NCBI GenBank assembly: GCA_002269645.1
Contig: NIVC01000306.1
Location: forward strand, 1 to 64,000
Direction: 5' to 3'
Length of the DNA: 64,000 nucleotides
Source of the DNA: Macrostomum lignano
Taxonomy: Eukaryota
A model generated the notes under the pieces. The model saw only the letters and a list, made by a program, of their open reading frames with translations, was not told where the DNA came from and did not search any database. A program made the translations under genes and the position numbers. Position 1 is the first letter of the stretch; every line of letters begins with the position of its first letter. Shown in pieces: positions 47,474 through 64,000 of this stretch.

Positions 47474-49103
47474 CTATTGTCCAGCTCCTTGCAGGTCCAG
47501 TCTTCTCTGCCGCTCTTTGTTTGCCATATCGGTGATGATGGCATCGAGAGTGCCCACGCTGGTCTTCGATCGCCATTCCAACAGCGTGCCAACTGGTCGT
47601 TTTGGTTTGGCACTGCAAAACAATCGATGTTTTGTTTTATTTTTACTTTTTGTTTGAATTGATCATTTATTAATTTTAAACCCCCTCTTTATGCTAGTAA
47701 ATGAACAAAACTATTGAAAGGCGCAGGTCGTGGGTTTTTTAAAACATTTTTACGTATAAACGCGATAAAATGGGAGGCAAACAACGCGATACAAAAGTCT
47801 TTGTTACTCCATCTTTTTTAGTCTGTTTTATTTTGTTCTTTTAAGCGTAGGAGAGGTTTCTAAATATACATATTATAGTCTTTACCGAAACAGTACACTC
47901 AGTTGGGCGCAAAACACACTATAGCAGCAAAGATTATTTAATGCAGGAAAACCAGAAGTATAATAATGTCTTCAACGGTTTACAGAAAAAAAACGTATTG
48001 AGACGTTTAAAAGTAAATCGCTCGTAAAAAATAGTGCAAACACTTAATAAAAATATTCTTTAAAAAAATATTTCTTGGATGCTGCAATTTTTGTCTTTGG
48101 ATTTCTTTGAAACTGCTGGCTTACTGGTACTTGAATATGCGTATTAACTTGCACATGGCCCAAATCGAGCATCAGTTATCAGGCTGTGTTTTTGAGTAGT
48201 AAAAAACTTTGCTCCGCTCTACCTCGGCTCGCGAAAGTACTTTTCCAGCTTCCATGAAATTCTCTCCTCCCGTTGGGTTATCTGGCTATCCTCAAACCTA
48301 AAATTTAGGTATCGAGAGGAAAGATTTTGATTCGTTGTTAATTCCCAAATTTTAAGACAATCTAATTACATCGGGATACATTTCTGAACTGCCTTTTTTG
48401 TTTTCTTCCTGGTGTTATAACAAGTTTAGAAAAATTGGAAAATATAGTTTCAGCTCTGAACTAATTGCGTGTTTGGGCCATGTATTAAACCTTCTTTATG
48501 TTGATAAGTTACCATAAAGTTAGGGATATAAAATAAGGAAGGTACAGGCTATGAAAACAGGCTTAACAGAAGCCTCAACTTAATACACACAACACGAATA
48601 AACTTATATAGACTATTTATACTGTGTATCGCTTTTTAAAAGATTGGTTTATTTACAATACAGCAACGCTCCGGCAAACAGCAACCTTTTTTTTAACTTT
48701 CTGGCTAGCTACATTGACAACAAGATAATGTACAATCGCATATATTCTTAATAATCTGCTATTTTGGTCGCAAAACGGCCCTTTTTGGGGCAATACACAA
48801 AATCCAGTTATATAATGCCGAAACTTACACGGACCCAATCCTAGTCGATCTGCCAGAGCCAGTTTGACTGGTAGATCTCGCTGTGGCAGACTGATTTTTT
48901 GCTCGGCTAAGAATAATAACCGCAATAATTAAGCCGATATTGAGCACTGAGAATACCGCTATGAGCACTAGGAATATGTCGAAGCCGCTTGAGCCGCCGC
49001 TATTATTCGATTTGGCTGCGGCCGACTCCGCGTACGACGGCGGCTGGGTCGGTGGAGCTTTGGTGGCTGGAGCGGCAGCGGCCCTGCGCACGATGAAATG
49101 CAT
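47474..49103 (-). CDS. Small single-pass membrane protein, 2 exons (49103-48829, 47612-47474), ~137 aa; 5' structure unresolved
   Basis: PPSY motif, TM FDIFLVLIAVFSVLNIGLIIAVIILS, and a basic tail. The phase-2 donor GTAAGT (48828) fits the acceptor ttttgcAG (47613), giving ...GSV-AKPKRPVGTLLEWRSK...GAGQ*. Confidence 0.5.
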
Positions 49104-49639
49104 ATTGTCGTCGCAAGGTGGTTGCTCAAGCGACTGTGTCAGCTCGTGTGGCCCCCTTGTCGATCGATATTAGATGTAACGATACCGCGCGCTTCAAGCA
49201 AGCTTCCCTTAGCTGGTCTTTCACTATTCGACTCTGCTATAGAAAACTAAGGGGCGGCAGCAGTAGTCTATGGTAAATAGCAGTTTGCCTGGCTGAGAAA
49301 ACAGGGGCATTTTCTATCGAACTGCAGATTCCAGCTCCGGCCATAGACGGGGCGGTTAAAAAAAGTTTAACTGTGTACTTTTTTGGCATCTGCTTGAATA
49401 GGCAAGAGTAAATATAAGGATAAAACACAGAATACACTTCTGTGGGATAAAAATCTCGCGAATCTTCAAGAAATCTCTAAGAAAATTTGTAAATGTTTTT
49501 CTGTCAAGGCAAGAAGTTCTCTGCGATCGAACGCTTTTAGGTTTCAAACTCCTCTTGTGGACTGGAAATGACCTGCAAAAGTGTGAAAAAAAGTTTTGGT
49601 GTCCAATTTATTATGGGTTAATACTCTTTTACTTTAAAG

Positions 49640-49771
49640 ACAGACAGACACTAAAACGCTAAGACAGACAGACAAGCACTAAGACAGACAGACAGGCAGG
49701 CAGACAGACAGACAGACAGATAGACAGACAGGCAGACAGGCAGACAGACAGACAGACACTAAGATACTAAG
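49640..49771. repeat. (GACA)n microsatellite with ACTAAG variants, left of the Gypsy insertion
   Basis: Direct observation; it continues at 54813-54972. Confidence 0.95.
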
Positions 49772-49943
49772 TGTCAGATACGTATGGCATTGGTCACTTA
49801 ATAGTTCACTCAGCTAGATCATTACTCGTATTTGTTATTTGAGTTTTAGTTCTAGTGCACCCTTGCCATTTTTCTACTTCCAATTTGCAAATACTCGTCT
49901 CATTTGCGTACTCGGCTCATAACTTCTCATTGGCGACGAGAAA

Positions 49944-52900
49944 ATGGCTACAACTGGTAGAATTCCAGAACTCTCTGCAAACTGTGACATTGAGGTATAC
50001 CTAAGAGGCTCGAACAATATTTCATCTGTAAAGAAGTCCGAGACGAGGCGAAGGTCGCCACGCTGGTGACCGCCATCGGAGAGGACGCTTACAAGGTTCT
50101 TCGGAATCTGTGCCTGCCGGAAACGGTGACCTCCAAGTCCTACTCAGACTTAGCTGCTGTCTTGAAGGCACATTTTAGACTCTCCCAAGACGTCAATGCT
50201 ATCCGCCAGATTCCGTTTTCAACAGCGCGTGCAGAAGCCGGGCGAGAGTCTCGCGGACTTTATTGCTGGCCTAAAGGCTGCCTCGGAGCATTGCAAATTT
50301 GAGTTCACTCTGGACGGGTCAGACGGATCCCACTGCATCAGCACTCTGGACGAGAGACTGCGCGACCAGTTTGTCTTCGGTCTCCGCAGTGACATGCACC
50401 GTGCAAAGCTGCTGGAGATCGAACAGCCCGACTTCAAGACGCTCGTGACCAGAGTCGACGCTTTGGAGGCAGCGGAGAAATCGTCGTCGGAGATGGCGCA
50501 CCGTGCTGAAGCAGTCGCCCACCTGCGTCTCCACAAGAAGCCCGCTGCGCCCAAAGAGCTCAACAAATTCAACAAGCAGGCTCCCCGGCAGCCGCCCGGA
50601 GCTCAAGCCAACGCTATGCGGGCAGCTGCTGCCTCAGGCGCGTGTGCAAGCTGCGGCGGCGCCCACAGTCGGCAGCAGTGCAAGCTTCGCGAGGCCAAGT
50701 GCCACAACTGCGGCAAAGTCGGGCACATCCGCAAGGTGTGCAGGTCTTCAAAGCTGCACAAGCTGGACCCAGAGCCGGCTGAGCTGCAGGAGCCCCTCTT
50801 CAGCATTAGGCAGAGCGGATCGAGCAAGGGTCTGGCGGTCGAGCTGCTGCTCCAAGGCAAGCCATGTCGCTTCGAGGTGGATACCGGCTCCGCCCTCACC
50901 GTAATCCCAAAGAGTCTCCAAGAGGATGTTCTGCCGGGTCTCCGTCTGTCGCCGACATCCACGGTGCTGCGCACCTACACGGGCGAGAGCTTTCGACCCA
51001 TCGGACAGGCAGAGGTCGCGGTTCAGCAACTCAGTGACCGGACAAGCAGCTGATCTGCTCGCGCAGTTCCCCGAGGTCTTCCAAGGCGGCCTTGGCACCT
51101 ATCGGCACGGCGAGGTGAAACTGCACATTCCGACCGAGGCGAAGCCGCCCTTTTTCAAGGCCAGACCGGTCCCCTATGCACTCCGGGAGCGCGTCGATCA
51201 GGAACTTCGACGGATGGAGACTGACGGCATCATCACGCCAGTCAAACATTCCGACTGGGCTGCGCCAATTGTGCCTGTTGTCAAGAAGGACGGTTCGGTA
51301 AGGATCTGCGGCGACTACAAGCTCACCTACAACGCAGAGTCCAGGCCGGAGCTGTACTGTATGCAAAGCTGGGTGGCGGCTGCAAATGGTCCAAGCTGGA
51401 CATGTCAAACGCCTTCCTGTAGCTGCCATTGTCTGAGGACAGCAAGTCCTTCTTGACCATCAACACGCAGCGAAGCCTGTACCAGCTGAAACGCATGCCG
51501 TACGGCATCAACTGCGCCAGTGCGGTATTCCAGCGCACGCTAGACTCGCTGCTCGGTGACTTGGAGTCTGTGCAAGTCTTTGTGGATGACATCCTGGTGA
51601 CGGGCAAGACGCTGCAGCATCATCGCGAGAATCTTATCAAGGTCCTTCAGCGCCTACAGGAGGCGGGCCTACGGCTGAACAATGACAAGTGCGAGTTGTT
51701 CCGCGATTCTGTCGAGTATCTGGGCCACCGGATCGACAGCAACGGACTGCGGCCGTTGACGGAGAAGGTGAAGGCGGTGCAGGACGCCCCGCCACCCGCA
51801 GACTGCAGTCAGCTCCGAGCTTACTTGGGCATGTTGACGCACTACGGCAAATTCCTGCCTCATCTGTCCACGGTGGTCGCTTCCCTGAATCAGCTGCTGA
51901 CTAAGAACGCGCGCTGGACGTGGGGGAGCCTCAGCAGATAGCCTTCGAGAAGTCCAAGCGTCTTCTGGTCGAGTCTCCGGTGCTGATGCAATATGACGCC
52001 AAGCTGCCGCTCGGTTCTGACACACCGAGTGGACGGCCCGGATCGAGCCATTGCCTTCGCCAGCCGCAGCCTGACGACGGCTCAAAAGGGCTACTCGCAG
52101 TTAGACAAGGAGGCGCTAGCGATCATGTTCGGCCTCCAGCGCTTCAATCAGTTTCTCCAAGGCTGCAAGTTTGTCATCGTGACGGATCACCAGCCGCTCC
52201 TAGGACTTCTCGGCGAAAACAAGGCGATTCCAGAGCACGCGGCGGCTCGCGTGCAGCGCTGGGCGATCCGTTTGGCCGGTTACGACTACTCGCTGGAGTT
52301 CCAGCCCACCAGCAAGCACGCCAACTGCAACTCGCTGTCCCGGCTGCCACTCCCGAGACAGTTTGAGGAGCCGGCCGTCAACGCCCTGCTGCTGGATGAG
52401 GAGACCGGGTCCGCCATAACGGATCAGGCGGTCGCGCGCAGCACTCGCTCGGATGCCATTCTCGGCCGGGTGCTTCGCTGTCTGCAGACTGGCGCGCCAA
52501 TGGCTGGCGCTGACCTGATCGATTTCTCGAGGCGGCAGGACGAGCTGAGCGTTGAACAGGGCTGCGTGCTGTGGAGCGCCCGCGTCGTGGTGCCCGCGGC
52601 TCTGCGACAAGGCGTGCTGGACGAGCTGCACCAGGCGCATCCCGGCATCAACCGCATGCGAGCGCTAGCCCGCAGCTACGTCTGGTGGCCCGGCCTGGAC
52701 GAGCAGCTTGCGATGACCGTCAAGTCGTGCCGGACCTGTACGCTGAACCAGGCCGACCCGCACAAAGCGCCGGTGCAACCGTGGCCGTTTCCTGCTGAAC
52801 CTTGGGCAAAGCTGCACCTGGACTTCGCCGGCCCCGTTAACGGTCGCACGTACCTGGTCATCGTGGACGCCTTCAGCAAGTGGCCGGAGGTTCATCAGTT

Positions 52901-53057
52901 GCACAGCTTTACGTCTGCTGCCACCATCGAGCAACTTCGCGAGGTCGTCGCCAGACTGGGCATTCCCCGGGTGTTGGTCTCCGACAACGGCACGCAGTTC
53001 ACCTCCGCGGAGTTCGGCGAGTTCGCAAGGCGTAACGGCATTCGGCATGTTTTCTAG
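49944..53057 (+). pseudogene. Gypsy gag-pol with multiple frameshifts, 3' truncated inside integrase
   Basis: Gag (RFRFQQRVQKPGES..RLRDQFVFGL, CHNCGKVGHIRKVC), protease DTGS, RT (PVPYALR..WAAPIVPVVKKDGSVRICGDY; RMPYG; FVDDIL), RNase H (YSQLDKEALAI..TDHQPL), integrase (HQAHPG..WWPGL..CRTC; LHLDFAGP; SDNGTQF). Split over several frames. Confidence 0.92.
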
Positions 53058-53084
53058 GCGCCGTTCCAGTCCGGTTTAGTCCAG

Positions 53085-53230
53085 AAAACAAATTCAAACC
53101 CTTCCACGAAGGGTGGAGTTACTTCCATTTACTAAAAATGGTCTGTCGGTATCTAGGTATGTGATCGATTTTAGCAAAAACGGCTCAACCGATTTTCTTT
53201 GAACTTGCACTGTTCGATCAGAAATTTATA
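53085..53230. mobile_element. Helentron/HINE-like fragment at the junction of the two Gypsy pieces
   Basis: Hairpin ACCCTTC-CAC-GAAGGGT, aaaacggctcaaccgatttt, and a 25-bp identity with 15586-15610. Confidence 0.45.
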
Positions 53231-53259
53231 TCTAATCAGGAACGCATGTACATATAAAA

Positions 53260-54650
53260 TCAGAGTACGCAAGTACATCGCATTCCCTTACTAACTAGCC
53301 GAACGAACCAGTGAGTAAACTCACTTTACAACATTCACCCTCCTCCTTAACAGTCACTAATTCCCATCACAGCTGCCAATCAGTGCGTCACGACCTGGCC
53401 GTACCACAACGGCGGTGCCCGCAGTCGTATACTGCGCCGCAGTACAGCGGTCGCCGGCGGCGGGTCCGTCGGGCCTTCTGGCGCTGCCGGCTCCGCAGCC
53501 ACTGGCGGCTGTGGCGGCATTGCCGTTGCCGAAGTCGTTCTGGCACCCTCGGGCTCCGCATGAGGCATACAGACGCTGGTGTGCCACCTTGAGTCATCCT
53601 CTAACCAGACGATCGTCGGGCTGATGATGTCGCTGACTCGCAGAGGTGGTGACACGTGGCTCTGCAGCTTGCCTCGCATCCGCGGAGACCGCACTTGCAC
53701 CAGGTCGCCGACCCGGAATCGGCGCGGAGGCTGCCGGGATCTGTTGAGCCGGTTGAATTGCCGTCTTCGCCGCTCCTGGATCTGATCGGCCAGTGGGTGT
53801 TCTCGAGTCGCTCGCCTCGGCTGCAGCGTCCACAGCGGCGAGGTGATCTTGCGACCATTAAGCATTAGCTCCACTGGCGTCATGCCGGTTAGCGCGTGCG
53901 GTGTCGATCGGTGCGCCCACAAGATGGACTGCACCGCTTCCATCAGACTGCACTGCAGCCACTTTGAATGCAGGTCGTGTACACCGAGTATGAAGCGGCA
54001 GTTCTGTGGTGCACCCTCGTGCAGCTCTCCAAACAAGTCGATCTGCAATTCTGTCCAGGGTTCCTTGGGCCACTCGGTCGGGGTCAGCACTGCCCGATGC
54101 GGCTTGAAGCTCTTCACTGAGGATGCACGCAGAACAGCTGCTGACGAACCTCTCGATGTCGCTGTCCATTTTGGGCCACCACGCGGTGTCTCGGCAGTGA
54201 TGCTTGGTCCTGCTGACTCCCTTGTGACCTTTATGCGCTAAGTCGAGCACTCGCTGACGCAGTTCTTCCGGTATAACGGCGCGAGTTCACATCGCCAAGC
54301 ACCTGCCGTTGCTCCAGACAGTCAGTTCGTTCCTGACACTCCAGAAGGGGCAGCAGGCGCTCATTGAGCTTTTTCTTGCATTTCTTGCCAACCGGCAACT
54401 GTGAACTCAGCGACTCGGGCCAGGAGCTCGTATTTTGAAGTTGCCTCGGCCAGTTCGTCCTCGGTGACCACGGTCAGCGCCTCGGCCAGGAGCACTCTCT
54501 GGACTTCCAGATCATCAGTTGCATCGCCTTCTGTCGGCTCGGCCGTGTCCTGGCAGCGCGACAGAAAGTCGGGCACGATGTTCTTGGCACCCGGGACGTA
54601 CTTGACGCATTCAATCAATCGTTCCATTCAATCGGCGATGCTCCAGCGGC
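53260..54650 (-). pseudogene. Inverted fragment of a second Gypsy family: RNase H end, integrase with internal deletion, PPT and start of its 3' LTR
   Basis: YVPGAKNIVPDFLSR; AHKGHKG..WWPKM..CSAC; WTELQIDLFG..HDLHSKW, then a jump to HRSTPHALTGMTP; FRVGDLV; RRSIRLR. PPT TTAAGGAGGAGGGTGAA, then TGTTGT at 53333. Confidence 0.85.
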
Positions 54651-54812
54651 TGGCAGAAACGGCTGCGGTGGCGATATGTTGATACTCATTCTGTTGGCTG
54701 TATCTCTGCTTGACTGTTGGGCTGCTGCTTGTTGGGACCCTCGCTGTGGGTCGCCAATCGCACTTGCATTTGCGCTTTCGTCTCGTTTGCGTACTCGGCT
54801 CATAACTTCACA

Positions 54813-54972
<160 letters not shown>

Positions 54973-54984
54973 CAGGCGCTTCAC

Positions 54985-64000
<9,016 letters not shown>

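Larger units (their letters stand above)
49772..54812 (+). mobile_element. Composite degenerate Ty3/Gypsy LTR retrotransposon insertion
   Basis: TG..CA LTR-A 49772-49929, PBS TGGCGACGAG 49931-40, gag ATG 49944, LTR-B 54677-54812 after a G-rich tract, and flanking CTAAG 5-bp direct repeats (49767-71, 54813-17). Confidence 0.85.

Overview
Eukaryotic (metazoan) genomic DNA with GT-AG introns read in the standard code. A Macrostomum-like flatworm is my inference from the GC-rich coding, the abundant (GACA)n and minisatellites, and the TRP genes; it is not proven. From left to right: (1) an apparently intact, two-exon KDZ (Kyakuja-Dileera-Zisupton) transposase on the minus strand. (2) A 5.2-kb GGCGCC-rich satellite of 138-160 bp units that ends in an inverted copy of its own submodule. 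(3) A nest of small DNA transposons, several with verifiable TSDs (hAT, Harbinger-like, Merlin, palindromic, Helentron-like). (4) Five compact co-oriented plus-strand genes: TMEM70/186/223-family, an 8-TM double claudin-like protein, HAUS7-like, VCPKMT and BBLN-like. (5) An intronless frameshifted TRP-like gene that spans an assembly gap. (6) ANKFN1/wake. (7) A small TM gene. (8) A degenerate composite Gypsy insertion with discordant LTRs but a matching 5-bp TSD inside a GACA microsatellite. (9) The 3' part of a TRPM channel gene, five of whose seven traced introns carry their own tandem arrays. Most ORFs in the supplied track are artefacts of tandem repeats or antisense frames. Best leads: the spliced KDZ element; in-frame splice acceptors at gene starts, consistent with a spliced-leader-supplied AUG and possibly an operon; the duplicated claudin-like protein; and TTTGGCGCC shared by three unrelated arrays. 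All homology calls are from motif recognition by eye; no searches were run.
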